In this document: positions 28,901 to 46,650 of the stretch, one piece after another
Position numbering within the stretch: the stretch's first letter is position 1
Layout: each line of letters opens with the position of its first letter
From: the human T2T-CHM13v2.0 reference genome, Homo sapiens
Assembly: GCF_009914755.1 (NCBI RefSeq)
Contig: NC_060927.1
Length of the DNA: 64,000 nt
Strand: one strand, 5' to 3'
Program-made: the position numbers and the translations under genes
Notes under the pieces: generated by a model
Told to the model about the DNA's origin: nothing
The model's database searches: none
Seen by the model: the letters and a program-made list of their open reading frames with translations, nothing else

Positions 28901-31838
28901 CATCTGCTTTTCTGCACATCTGCTTTGGGTTGTGGCTCTGTGTCTCATGGGAAACCATTTCTTGCTGGTGGTAGGGAAGGAACCTGTCTAAAGAGGATTC
29001 CTGCTTTGCCCTCCCTGAACATTTATTTCTCTGCTGTCACTTCCAGAGCCTCCTGAGAGTCTGCTTTGGCATCCCCAGCATTTGGCCTCTGCTCAGGTAG
29101 GCTGTTCCATGGCAAATCAGGCCTCTTTCCCTTTCCTTTTGCTATTATGCCCCCTAGTCTGCTGCCATGTGGCTACTCAAAAGTTACTTCAGACTCAGAG
29201 ATCATTAGTTGTTCATCTAACATGTTTTAAGTTTTGGAGTATCTTCAGGCCCAAAGCAAGATTAGGTCTATCTGCACATCTAAACACATACCCTCTTGAC
29301 TAATATTTGCCTGGACCGTTTAATGTAGGTTATGACAAAAATGCTCCAGGAACCTGGATTACACAACATAACGGTGGTCAAATCGCAGCCTCACTGGGCC
29401 TCAATTTCTTAATTGTTGACCTGCAGTTATCTCTCTTAAACCCATAATACTGTCAGCTCTTTGAAGGCAGAGACTACTTCTTTGATCTGTACATTATCAG
29501 ACCCAAGTAATGCCGGGTACATAGTCTGTACCAAGAAGTGTCTTGGTGAAGAAGGTAAAAAAATCTAATCTTTAATTTGTTGATTTTATCAGCTTGTTAT
29601 GGAAACCACACCCTTTCTAATAAAGCTGGGTTGGATTTGAATTGTTTTTCAATCATACAATTTTAGAACTAGAAGCAAATCCTCTACTTTCTGCTAGCAT
29701 GTTGTAGATGTTCCTGTCCTGAAAGTCCAGTCTGAGAGAATGGCATCACCAGCTACCACTCTCCGCTAGAGTCATTCTGGATTTCTCCCTTTGCTTAGCC
29801 TCCTGTGCATTGAGTTCTTGGATTCTACTTCCAAAATGTGTCTCCTCCACAACATCCTTATCATCACTGCCCATATACCAGCTGCCCTCATTTTTAAGTC
29901 TTTAAGTAATTTACCTGGAGACATTTTCAGTTGTCTGCTTACCTGTCTTCTAGCTCTATTCTCGCCCTTTCAGTCTGATCTTCACTTTGCTGCCAGAGTA
30001 ATTTGTTAAACCATCATCTCTGATTGCCATTCTCCTGCTCAGGATTTTTCTTGAGCTCTTGTTTTTGGCTCTTTATGCTAGCCTTCATTTGTTCATTTAA
30101 TAAAATATATCTGTATATTTTGAGTAGATGCTATACTTGGCAGACCCTGGGATAAAGAACTAAATAAAATGAACATGATCCTTATGTGAACTGAGCCTGT
30201 CATTTAGTTTAGTGGGGGACACAGATTATTAACCACACAGTCACACAAATAATTATATGACCTCACATTTGTGATAAGGGTCATAATGGCAAAGGACACA
30301 GTGCTGTGAGTGAGTATAGGGAGCTGTATGTGCATGGAGTTGGGGAGGGCAAGGGGATGGTCAGGAAGTCGTCCTTTAAGCTGGGCCCTAGAGCATGGGT
30401 AAGGGCTAGCCTAGACCTAAGAAGTAGAAATTGATGAATTATATGGAATACATGCCTGACCTTGTCCCCTGCGCTCTGCATATATTGTTGTCTGAGTCAT
30501 ACTAAACTTCCTTGGGCCTCTTTCCTGAAAAGCCTCTTCCTTACCGTTGCCAGTTTCAGTTCTTAGCTCAAACACACAAAATTTATTTCTCCAGAATGCT
30601 GTCTGTGGCATTCTCCAAGGCAGATTTAGGAGAAAAGAACACCTCTTTTTGCGTATCTGTTCCCGTAAGAGACTGTGAATAAGTTGAGACAGAGACCTTC
30701 CTAGCATCCAGTACAGGTGTTTAGGGGCCAGTTTGTTGGGCCAATAGAGGATGAGGTTACTGATAAGAAAATGAGATGGAGAACTATATATACAACCCCT
30801 TTCAAATACTGTAATCTCATGGGAGGGAGGCCAGTTCTAAAGTTAGGGGGATAAAATCCTTAGGTGATTTGTATTCTACTCACACCCTGCTAATATATAT
30901 TATCCCATTTAACTTTCACAATAACTGTCCAAGGTGGTGATTATCTTTATTTTATCAAGACATGCCTTTTCATAGAAGTTGAGTAACTTGTTGGGCTGTA
31001 GATCCTGTGGTACTCTTTCCACTGTGCTGTCATGCCACTCTGCATATGTGCTTAATAAATGAATTCTGATCATTCCTGAAGTGTACCTCTATGGTGAAGA
31101 TAATAAGAAAAGTTAACTATGTGGTACTTTGAAATGTGGAATCTTAGGACTGTTATCCTAGCTCCTCCTCTGATGTTCCCTCGCCCCCAGGCAACTCTTA
31201 ACTGGGTGTAGGACCTGGACAAAGTGAGTTTGTAACCTCATTGGCTTGGCCCTGCTTTTTCATTTGTAAAATGGGTATCACTCTTAAGGAATTAAATGAT
31301 ATAATGTAAAAAGTGCAGTACATACATAGATTCCTAGAAATTAAAATCTGTTTTCTCATTTTGAGACCTGCATTCAAACAAAACTGGAATTCTAATGGCC
31401 AACTGAGGCAGCAAAAGACATTTTAAAAATTAGAAATAAGACAAAAATCCATGGTTTTGCTTTACTCGTTTCTGTATAAACCTGCTTAGGTTACTAATAG
31501 ATTTTTAGTAGTATGTATATGGGTGATAACGAGAGAGATCTATTAAGCCACAACAAAAATGTAGTGTTTTATGGAACTTTGTAGTGAACAATGAACTTTT
31601 AAAATTTGTTTGAATTCTCTAATAAGCTTATTTCTGTGTTGCTTTCATGTTAATATGTAAAGGATTTTCCTCTTTCATTGAGGCTCTTTGATGAGAAGCT
31701 TTTCCTGTGCATTTTTTATTCTTTAATGACGCTTTGACTAAACTTAAGTATAATTCAAACACAGATATGTGGTGAATTAGTTAGTATGGCAAATTTTCCA
31801 TTTGTTTTGTCCAGCACGGTTGCTTAAATGATGAACCA

Positions 31839-31884
31839 GTAGGTATTCTTCAGAATCAGCTGTAGGTATTCTTCAGAATCAGCT
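31839..31884. repeat. Perfect 23-bp tandem duplication
   Basis: gtaggtattcttcagaatcagct x2. Confidence 0.95.
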
Positions 31885-32164
31885 GCCTCTCTTAAAATTT
31901 ATCTGACTTCCACTCCCAAATCATCACTTCACCTAAACTGGTGTTCTTTCCTAAGCCAGCCAGCTGTAGGCACTCTTACTTTGTTTCTTGTTTACCCCAC
32001 TTTCAGGAATGGTGTTCCTCTACTCCTGTTGAAGGATAAGCCCTGGTCTGTGGGCTGCACCAGTCCTTGGTGAGCCTGCCATCTATAGTGTCCTCTATTC
32101 TTCCTCTGACATGCCTCACCTAGGCTCACTTGTGTAATTATTTCTCTTTTTATATGGGGATACT

Positions 32165-32254
32165 ATTTTCTTTTCTTTTTTTTAAGTACTGGGATACATG
32201 TACAGAATGTGCAGGTTTGTTACATAGATATACATGTGCCATGGTGGTTTGCTG
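32165..32254 (-). mobile_element. Very short L1PA 3' end
   Basis: T tail then gggatacatgtacagaatgtgcaggtttgttacatagatatacatgtgccatggtggtttgctg. Confidence 0.85.
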
Positions 32255-32398
32255 AACTGTAGGTCCTGTTTTCCTAAATCATTTTTAAGATTTGAATGGA
32301 CAGGGACTGTGTTGTGTCCTGTACAGTTAAGGCTCAAATTATTTGTTAATGAAAATGACTTAGTGTTTCTGTTATTCAGACTGAAGCAGTTGCATACC

Positions 32399-32577
32399 TT
32401 TCTTTTCTTTTTCTTTTTCTTCTTTTTTTGAGACAGGCTCTTGCTTTGTCTCCCAGGATGGAGTGCAGTGGCTGATCTCGGCTCACTACAGCATGGATTC
32501 TTGAGCTCCGGTGATCAGCCTGCCTCAGCTTCCCAAAGTGCTGGGGTTACATACAGGTGTGAGCCACCACGTTGGGC
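32399..32577 (-). mobile_element. Short (internally deleted or monomeric) Alu
   Basis: T tail, Alu 3' end joined to Alu 5' end; tgcatacc on both flanks. Confidence 0.8.
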
Positions 32578-32938
32578 TGCATACCCTCTTTCTCAGAGGA
32601 AGTAAATATTTCATTGAATATGCCTTGTTTATTAACATTACATAAATAGGCATTAGATAGTATAGTACGCAGTGTATTTTCAGAAAAATTGGCGTATTTC
32701 ATAGATCTCTTAATGGAAAAGTAAATGGAATGAATAATTATGTACAGAAAGTCAAAAATTGAGTAGTCTCTGCCTTTCCTGGAGTATGAAAGCAGCACAT
32801 ATGCACTGTCAAAAATTTTAAAAGAACAGAAAAGCATAAAGAGAAAAAATATCCTGTAATCTTACTAATTTAACATTTTAAGTTTTTAAAATATATACAT
32901 TCATACAGATTATATGCTTTTTATGAAAGATTGGGACA

Positions 32939-33282
<344 letters not shown>

Positions 33283-33545
33283 TTAAACTTAACATTATGT
33301 TGTGAGACTTTCCCCATGAAATGTAGTAGCCTCAAAATATGGTAGCATACTGTTAACGTTGGGTATATTGTGTTTTATTTAACCATCTCCTTATTGTAGA
33401 CCTTTAGATGATTTGATTTTCTTTTGCATGTATAAATATCACTGAACATTGTTGAATATAAATATTTGTCCTCACCTTTCTTTGAGACATGAATCTAGTA
33501 GTAAGTTTATAGTCAAGGATATTAATTATTTTAAGGCTTTTGAGA

Positions 33546-33894
33546 CAGATTGAGTATCTCTTGTCTAAAATGCCTAGCATCAGAAGTGTTTTGAATTTTG
33601 TCAGATTTTGTAACATTTGCAATATACATAATGATGGGACCCAAGTCTAAACATGAAATTAATTTCTGTTTCATTTATACCTATACATATATGCTAAAGG
33701 TAATTTTATACCCCATTTTTAATAATTTTATGCATGAAACAAAGTTATTACTGCATTTCCTCTCAAAAACTAATAGAAACTGTGATTGGTCACATGAGGG
33801 TTTTTTTTAACTTGTGGTGTCTTGTTGGCACTGAAAGTTTCAGATTTTGGAGCATTTTGGATTTCGTATTTTCACCTTAGGGATGCTCAACCTG
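33546..33894. mobile_element. Tigger4/MER46-like non-autonomous DNA transposon
   Basis: Imperfect TIRs cagattgagtatctct … agggatgctcaacctg, followed by TA. Confidence 0.75.
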
Positions 33895-35030
33895 TACACA
33901 TATTGCCAAATTGTTTTTCAGAAAGGTAGCTTGCTTGCAGTCCCACCAGTGTAAGAGAATTCCTGGAATGAGCCTGTCTTTGAGTCAAAGTCAGTGAAAT
34001 GTTAGGTGCCAGTATTTTGGTTTATTGATTAGTTTTTTTTTTTTTCTGTTCCACAATTCTTTTTTTGACCATTTTTTAATGATCACTTTTATCAAAATAT
34101 TAGGAGGAATAAAAAGATGGTAGGGAGTTAAAGTGAGTTTTGACAGTGTTAATAAAAGCTTTAGATCAGAGATTTAGATTATTAAAATTCTCCATAACTT
34201 AATATTCTGTTTTCCTGGGCACAATAAGTAATTGTGGGTTGGCTTTATTTATTTTGGAGTAATTTCTATACACCCAGCTTTTGTTTAAGTCATTACTTAT
34301 TATGTGAACACTTAATGCTGGAGTTGTCACCATACTAATTTTTAAGTCCTACTTACACGTAGGCAGAAATGATGACATGCTTAGCATTTTTCATCACTTT
34401 GACCAAGAGGCAGAATCTGTTTAGGAATTTCATCTGTGTTGCTGGTCCAGGTCTTGTGGCTTGGATGTTAATCTCTTCCTCTCTACAAATACTAAGTACT
34501 GTACATCAGTTAATGATTTGCCTAACTCCTGAGTACATTCAGATTACTTGATATATGTTGGACTGCAGCTTGTTTTACTTAGAGCAAATAAAGATTACTT
34601 AAACCAGTACTTCAAGGATTCTGCATTGGCAACCAAATCATTGCCTCAAGAAACTGGAACAGGCTTCTCACCATGACATTCCTAGTCCCCTCAGCGGCCC
34701 CTAGCCCATCAAATTGATGAAAACGAAGAACATACTTTAGTAAGCAGCTACCTTGTCTTGGAAAATGCTTTCTTAGAGACTCAGGAGTACAAATTGCTGG
34801 AAAGAACATTTCTAATAATAAATGACTTTAATCTGTTAATTTGTAGATCCCATCTTGATTCCATCCAGTGATTGCAGACTGGTAACTGCATAACCACATA
34901 GTAATACAACCAATCCAGTGAAAAACTCTGAATTCTTTTACAACTTAGGGCCTATTGACCTGTTTATGGTTCTTATCTTTGGTTTATAGCTTATATTAAT
35001 AACTCCTAGGAGGAGGCATGCTGTCCTTAA

Positions 35031-35344
<314 letters not shown>

Positions 35345-35719
35345 AAAATATTATTTACTTTGAATAAAGAAAACAGCAGTGGTGACTGCATGATAGGGTT
35401 GTGTTTATTTTGCTTGACTTAAAGGTTATTCCTGGAAGACTTAGTTTACTGTCTTCCTTTCAGCCTATACCATTTTTAAAATTTTAGCAGTAAAATCAGG
35501 TTGGTAATATCATTGAGAGAGTGTTAATTCCTTTACTTAAGTTGGTTTTTCTATAGATGTACAATTTGGTCTACTGTTTCTCAGGAAGGATTACAGTTTT
35601 CATTTCTTGGTATGTGTAAAATATACCAGATAATTTATATGTATGAGAAGCTTAAATGCAGTTTTAGTGTAGCTTTGCAAAAACTCAACTTTTAGTTGTT
35701 TGTATTAGATGGATATACT

Positions 35720-35722
<3 letters not shown>

Positions 35723-35764
<42 letters not shown>
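35723..35764. repeat. (TA)n microsatellite
   Basis: About 20 TA units with one G interruption. Confidence 0.95.
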
Positions 35765-38434
35765 TTAAGCATTTAATATGTTTGAGAGGAATATTGGTCG
35801 TCTGATTTTGGAGGAAAACTTATATTCTAAATGAAATGTTTATTATAGATAAGCTATAGAAGTAGTACAATTTTTGTGCACAGCCCTTTTTGTTCAACTC
35901 CTCTACTTTCTCATGCCATGGATTGGTTCACAGTGGTATCCAGGCAGAGCTGCCTTTGTTGAGCATACTGTTTTGTCCCTACCTCTCTCTAAGAGGTGTG
36001 AGGAAGAGGCATTTGTTTGATGTACAGATGAGACTGCAATGGTGATGATGTTGATGAAAACCTAAAAGTGAGTTTTAACAAGAATAACAGGGTGAATTCC
36101 AAATTGATAGTAGGTTTAACAGAAGCTGGTTCTACAACTGTTTTCAGCAGCTTGCAAAACGTGTGTAGGGCCACCCACACTTCCTTCCTCTTCTCCAGCC
36201 ACACCCACATGCTTCAGTTGCTTCTGCTGTCTTCAGTAGGAGAACATCAGTATATTCTTGCAGCACATAACAGTACTTGTTTCTCAGACATAAGTTTTTA
36301 TATTATGAGCACTCTTGGCAAGTTGGCCTATTTCATTTAGGTCCAGCCTAGTTATATGCCTGTGCTAAATAAAAAGGTTGCTCTAGAATGGCCTATCTAG
36401 TGGTTGCTGTGTAAAGACATGTTATCTTAGCTGTATAGTCATTTAAAATATTGATCTAGAAGAACTTAGTGCATGGGAAAATGTTCAGTTTATAAAATAG
36501 AGGAAAAAGTAGTTATCAAACTTCATGTCGAAAATCTTAGCTTTGTAAAGAACTGTTAAGTATAGAGGATGTACACTCGGACCTGATGAGAAGTCATCAT
36601 AGATGAGCGTATAGGTGATTTTTACTTTCTTCTTTGTGCTTTTATGCATTTTCTAAACTTTCTAAAGTGAAAGTCTTGTATTAACTTTTCCAGCTTGTTT
36701 TTTGGAGAGAAGTATTGTGAAAATAGTTACAAATCTCTTTTTACCCTGACATCCCCCCAAGCCCGTAAGTATTATCCCCATTTTATTTTTTAAAATTGTG
36801 TCTGGCCATATATTATGAATAGAAAATAATTTGAAAGAATCTATACCAAAATGTAAAGCGATGTTATCATAAAGGGTGGGATAATGGATTTTTTTTTCAA
36901 AATTCCTCCCCCCCTTTTTTACTAGTCTGTATGTTCTAATTGTAGTTTTCTCCTGAACTAAACAGATTTTTCTTTCATAATTGTTTTTGAGATTTTCTGT
37001 AAGAATATATTTGATGTGAAAAAATGTAAAGGAGTATTAAGTCCTTTTTGAAAAGCTAAATTTGATAGAAAATTATATTAATATCATTTTAAAAGCAAAT
37101 ACTTACATTTTGTGAGATATTTTATTGAAAAACCCCCAGTCTTTGATGCCTAACTAGAGACATTATTTCCTATACCTTACAGCACTCATTTTCAATTTAT
37201 TTTAGGAAACTGAACAGCAGTTCAGTTTCTGAACTGGTCTATCTTATGAAAGCAAAAGAGAGATAATAGTTTGGTGAATTCATTCGCTTGAAGTAGGGTC
37301 AGCAACTGAAAGAATTTCTGCTTGGATGGTGGGAACGTCGTCTGTAACAATGATGGTGGTGGTGGTAGCTGGTATTTACAGAATGCTTACTCTGTGCCAG
37401 GCACTATTCTAAACACTTTACCTATATTAAGTCGTTTGATCCTCACCATATCTTATGAGATTGTTTTCTTATTACTAACATTTTCTAATGAAGAAACTGA
37501 CCATACAGAGAGGTGAAGGTAACTTGCTGAGTTCCTTTGGCTAGTGATTGGTGAGCTGGGATTCAAATGCAGTTGTTGGTCTTTAGAACCAGTACTTATT
37601 ACTGTACTACCGCACTGCTTTGCCACAGAGACTAGGGATGAAACAGGGGCTGCTGGAAAAAGAGAAGCAGGCAAGGATAGTGGAAGGAGCTACTATATCC
37701 CTCTTGGAGCTGAAGAACCAGTCAGGTAGGCATCCCAGGGTTCATCTGTCACTAGATATGGACCTGTGCCCATGGCTTTGCCAGCCCTGTGTGTGCTGCA
37801 GAACTGTTGCTCCACATTCCCTCATTCCTGGCAGGACACTTGCTTTCATATCCAGAGGTCAACCACCTTTCCTCGTCCTTTCACCTGTCCTATCTTGTTT
37901 CCTCCATTCCCTTGCACTCCTTTTCTCCCAAGTGCATTTGAACTTTACCTGGACACCTCTCACCATTAGTGTATAGTGTAAATTATCATGTTGGCATAAT
38001 GTGAATGTTTAGGCCTCTCTGTTATTCATGTAATAGTTTATTTTCATGGGAAGACCTGCAAGGCTACCTTGGTCAGTATTCCCTCATTGTGCCATGAAGT
38101 TTGGATATAAGTGATTTGCTCACATTCCTTTTGTTTGTGGTGATAGTTTCTTTGTTACTATCAAGTGACAGTCCTCTGATGATGAAGGTGCTTTGTGTGA
38201 TCCCTAATGCTGGCATCATAAGTGATTTCCACTTGCCTTCTAGAGGACAGTGTGTTGTAAAGCTTGCCGTCCTTGGCTGCTATAGCGTGAGGGTTTCATG
38301 AGCCTTTAGGGGCTCCTAGAGACTGGGTGGTTTTGGTGCCAGGCTGAGCATGATTGGAGCTAGAGACTGCTGCTTCACAGGCAAGTTAAGCCTCATTGTA
38401 CCTACTATGCAGTTTCATGGGGAGGATTCAGTGA

Positions 38435-38792
<358 letters not shown>

Positions 38793-39070
38793 TTGTTCAT
38801 TATTATTTCTTCATTCCAGTGGAATAATTTTTCTGACCTGTCTACCTGGAACAATCTCTGTTCACTCTGAAATCCCTGTTTATTAAATTTCGCTTAAAGG
38901 AGTTGTAATTCACAGAAGGCAGAAGGATAATAGGAGACTGGGTTACTAAAGACAAATTTTACTATTTTTATACATGTGTCTAGATCCAGCCTTAGAGTAT
39001 ATACTTTGACTTTAAGCAAAATTCAAACAAATAGAACTAAACCTGTATCTTTTTCTTTATTTTCTTTTAG

Positions 39071-39118
39071 GAAAAAGAAGCAACTAACAAAACACTGTGA
39101 TAATAAGGATTATTCAGT

Positions 39119-39132
<14 letters not shown>
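39071..39132 (+). other. SNRK: SNRK non-coding 5'UTR exon 2 (62 nt)
   Basis: Long pyrimidine tract ctttttctttattttcttttAG|GAAAAAG with a branch-point-like actaaac upstream; donor CAGG|GTATGT at 39132/39133. Unique sequence lying between exon 1 and exon 3. Confidence 0.8.
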
Positions 39133-42419
<3,287 letters not shown>

Positions 42420-42423
<4 letters not shown>

Positions 42424-42470
42424 CGACATTGAAAATGAATTTTTTGTATTCACCAGATATTCTTATATGA
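42420..42470 (+). other. uORF3, 16 aa [16 protein letters not shown]
   Basis: Read directly; second in-frame ATG at 42435 has A at -3. Confidence 0.55.
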
Positions 42471-42652
42471 GAAGATCTATTTTAAACAGTCTAAATATTT
42501 TTTCTTCTGTTGGACCAGCATGGCAGGATTTAAGCGAGGGTATGATGGAAAGATTGCTGGATTATATGATCTGGATAAAACCTTGGGTCGAGGCCATTTT
42601 GCCGTGGTTAAACTTGCCAGGCATGTCTTTACGGGTGAAAAGGTGGCAGTAA
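42467..42652 (+). other. Overlapping upstream ORF (uoORF4), 61 aa, out of frame with the SNRK CDS
   Basis: ORF track entry 42467..42652; starts 53 nt upstream of the main ATG and overlaps 133 nt of the CDS; weak Kozak (tatATGA). Confidence 0.5.
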
Positions 42653-43108
42653 AAGTTATTGACAAGACAAAACTGGACACTCTAGCTACTGGTCATCTTT
42701 TCCAGGAAGTGAGATGCATGAAACTAGTGCAGCATCCTAACATCGTCCGCCTTTATGAAGTTATTGACACCCAGACCAAACTATATCTTATTCTAGAACT
42801 TGGGGATGGAGGAGATATGTTTGATTATATAATGAAACATGAGGAGGGTCTTAATGAAGACTTGGCCAAGAAGTATTTTGCTCAGATAGTTCATGCTATA
42901 TCTTATTGCCATAAACTCCATGTGGTTCACAGAGACTTAAAACCAGAGAATGTAGTCTTCTTTGAAAAACAAGGTCTTGTAAAGTTGACAGACTTTGGAT
43001 TCAGCAACAAATTTCAACCAGGGAAGAAGCTCACTACAAGCTGTGGATCTCTTGCATATTCCGCTCCAGAAATTCTGCTTGGTGATGAGTATGATGCACC
43101 TGCAGTAG
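42520..43108 (+). CDS. SNRK: SNF-related serine/threonine kinase, first coding segment (aa 1-196 plus first base of codon 197); CDS continues in exons outside the window
   Basis: [34 protein letters not shown]...VAVK...HRDLKPEN...DFG...[14 protein letters not shown]...YDAPAV has the Gly loop, VAVK, HRD, DFG and APE motifs and matches the SNRK N-terminus as I recall it. Strong Kozak context (agcATGG). The ORF reads into a donor TAG|GTAGGT at 43108/43109 (phase 1), where kinase subdomain IX 'DIWS' is expected next. The T-loop Thr173 codon is at 43036-43038. Confidence 0.97.
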
Positions 43109-44748
43109 GTAGGTAACCTCGGTCCAGTATTTGGCCATTTGAATTCTGCCAGCTAGAGTTGGTCAGATCGGTTGTTTATCTAAAAATGATTTCTAGAGAA
43201 TTTCTGTTAAATTGGCCTTAACTAGCAAATTGGGTTTCATAAATGCCATATATGCCTAAAGCTGGCATTTCGTTTATTTCAACCTTTAGATGGCAAATGT
43301 CTAAAGTATATTTGTGAGTACAAAGGAAAATGAGTAAGTTATCATTTAAAGTAATCTCTTTTCTGTTCATTGTCATTTTTTTCTTAAGGTCTGAATGCTT
43401 TTCCTCAGATTTTTCTTTTAGTGGCTCTCTTTAGCCATCTCCTCTCTGTGCATATCGTCTAACAATCATTGGAGACCCATATTGGAAAGGTACTGTGAAT
43501 ATTACAGTGCAATATAAAGAATTTGGGTATTAGAATCATTTATTAACTGTGAACTTGAACAAGTGCTTGACCTCTCTGCTTCATTTTTTATCCATAATAT
43601 AATATTGAATCAGGTACAGGTGTAGCACTCCCATATTATCTTGTTTACTTTTCACAGCGACCCGTGGGGTTGTTATTGTCTATCTCATTGTTCAGAATAG
43701 GAAACTGACATACAGAGGCTTTCTGTATGGTGGATTCTGGAATTGTGGTACCTTTGGCATTCCTAACTACCTTCTTTCCCTCTCCACACACTTTGTGCTC
43801 TTTCACTTGTCAAGATTTATCTATTTGTGGTGAAAGTATTTACTGCCTTTCAGTTTGTGTCAACTTTGTCTCCTTGGGATTGTATTTGTTTTGAAGATCA
43901 TGTAGGAATTTGTTCTTAATTTTTTTAAAGGATTTGTTGATCCGAAGGTGCAGTCAGCTTTTTAATTTGTTAATCTTGGAAAAAAATACATGCACATGAT
44001 GTCAGATTCATATGTATGAGTATTCTGCTTGCATTTGTGGTAATTTGAAATGCAGGTTAAAGGATTAATGACAAAGGTGCACTTAACATTGAAGAGTGTT
44101 GATGTTATATTGAATACTCTGTACACCAAGACACTGATTTTCATGTTATGACTATCATGTTCTGGAAAAGAAAGGGTTAATGAGCAGTTTCTGCCTACTA
44201 CAGATAACTAGACTTCACTGAAGTCTTTCATTAGAATATCTGAGCGGAGATTTTTGATTAATGGAGCCATTCTAATCAGACAGTGAAGCCAGGAATTTCC
44301 AGGAGAGGAAACACAAATGTCTACCCAAGAAAAAATCTTCAACCTCATTAGTGCAGATTTAATAAGAGTATCTTATTAAAAATAAAGTACTCTTTAAATC
44401 TATTAAAAATAAGATACTCTTTCATACTTTTCACATTGGGAAAAACTGAAGTCAGACAAAACTAAGTGTTGGTAAGACCATAGAATATCAGGAACTCTTA
44501 TTTAGAAGACAATTTGGCAATATCTGGTAAAGGTAAAGATGTACACATCTGATAACCTAGCAGTTCTCTCCTATATATGCACCTCAGAGTAGCTCTCACT
44601 TATGCATACAAGAGATTTTCAAAGAACGTTTTTAACAGCATTGTTGAATGTACAGCAGGGGAATAATTCGTTCAGTATTCATATTCTGTATACGGTGAAA
44701 ATTAAACATTTTGCCAACATGATTGGATCTCACAAGCATACTTTTTAA

Positions 44749-45100
<352 letters not shown>

Positions 45101-46650
45101 AACATTTATATAAAATTTTAAAACATACAAAGCAGTGTTATATATTGTTTAGGAGTACATGAACATGTAGTACATGTAGTAAACTCTGAAGAATGCATGA
45201 GAGCAAGATAGGTTACTTCTGAGGGGCAGGCATATCTGTAGGCTTTCAGCTGTATTGGTGATGTTTATTTTTGAAGTTGGGTGGTGGGTACACAGGAGTT
45301 CATTGTAATGTTCCTTTTTCTTCCCCCCTTATGTCTTAAATATTGCATAATAAAACTTTTAAAAAGCTATTAAAAAAGGAAAAGAAAACCACTTGGGAAG
45401 ATGTTCACCAGTCTGATAAATGATTACCGTGTGTTGGTGAAGTAGGCTTGGGTGGAGTTCATAGGTAACTTTTTCATTTTCATTATTTATAGTTATTTCA
45501 ATTTATATTGTGTGATGTGTGATTGAAATAAATATAGAATTGCTATTTTTAAAAAAAAGGACAGGTGTCTTTCTGTTAATCTACTATTAGTTTATCATGC
45601 CAAAATTAGTCAGTGATTTTTCACAAATGTTTAGTAAAATGAGCATACACAAATATTAAAATCTGTCATTATATTGTGAGATGTTACTAAATAAAAAAAC
45701 TTTGGTTCTTTTTTTTGAATAAGTGTTTTATAGTATACTGGTCCTCAGCATTGAGACTTAGCTGAGGAATTGTCTATTTTATTATTATTTTCAAAAGATC
45801 AGATTTGATTTTATCAACTATACTTTTTGTTTTAGATGTCATTTTTTTTCTTTCATCTTTATTCTTTCTAGGATCTTTGAGGTTTCCTATTTTTTAATAG
45901 CATCATGTATCAAAAGCTTATTTCTGTGTGTCTTGATTTCTAACAAATGGTTTATTAATGCTATTTAGAAGACAATTTGGCAATATCTGATGTGTACATC
46001 TTTAACTTTAATGCTATATGATGCCCTCTCCCACAATCCCTGATGACATTCTAGGGGTTTCACTCTGCAGTTGTCCTTGCTAAAATTTGTCTTTGGTTTC
46101 TTACTTAACTGAAAAGTTATTTAGAAAGGTGTTCCTTTTTAAAAATTCCAAATGGATAGATTTATTTTTCTCTTTAGTTGTCTGGTTTTTAACTTCTAAT
46201 TTTAGTACATTGAAGTTAATTTATGCCCAATTGATTTCTGCTTCGGATACTATTTTTAGATTTTCTTTGTGGCTTGATACATGGTAATTCATACCATGGT
46301 GACTGTTCTTTATGTGATTAAAATATTTGTATACTTGGAGTTTTTATACATACTTAAGATTATGCATTATGCACCTTGTTCCTTTGTACCCTTACATGTT
46401 TTTATTCTGACCTGTCATTTTCTGAGAGAATAATGGTAGTCTTCTATTCTCATCTGTGAATTTTGTAATTTAACCATTTTTTGCTTTATACATGGTATTG
46501 TCAAGCTATAATTGACAATAAAGATATTAAAAGTTTCTAATATATTTTACATGATGAGTTATACCTTTTATCAATACGAAAGTATACTCCTTGATACATA
46601 TTGCCTTAAATTCTGTTTTGTCATTGCTTTAGATTTATCCCTTTTAAACA

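Noticed and set aside
43109-43116. ORF-track C-terminus '…AVGR*' suggesting a complete 198-aa protein
   Set aside because: Read-through into intron 3; the kinase domain is incomplete and a donor lies at 43109.
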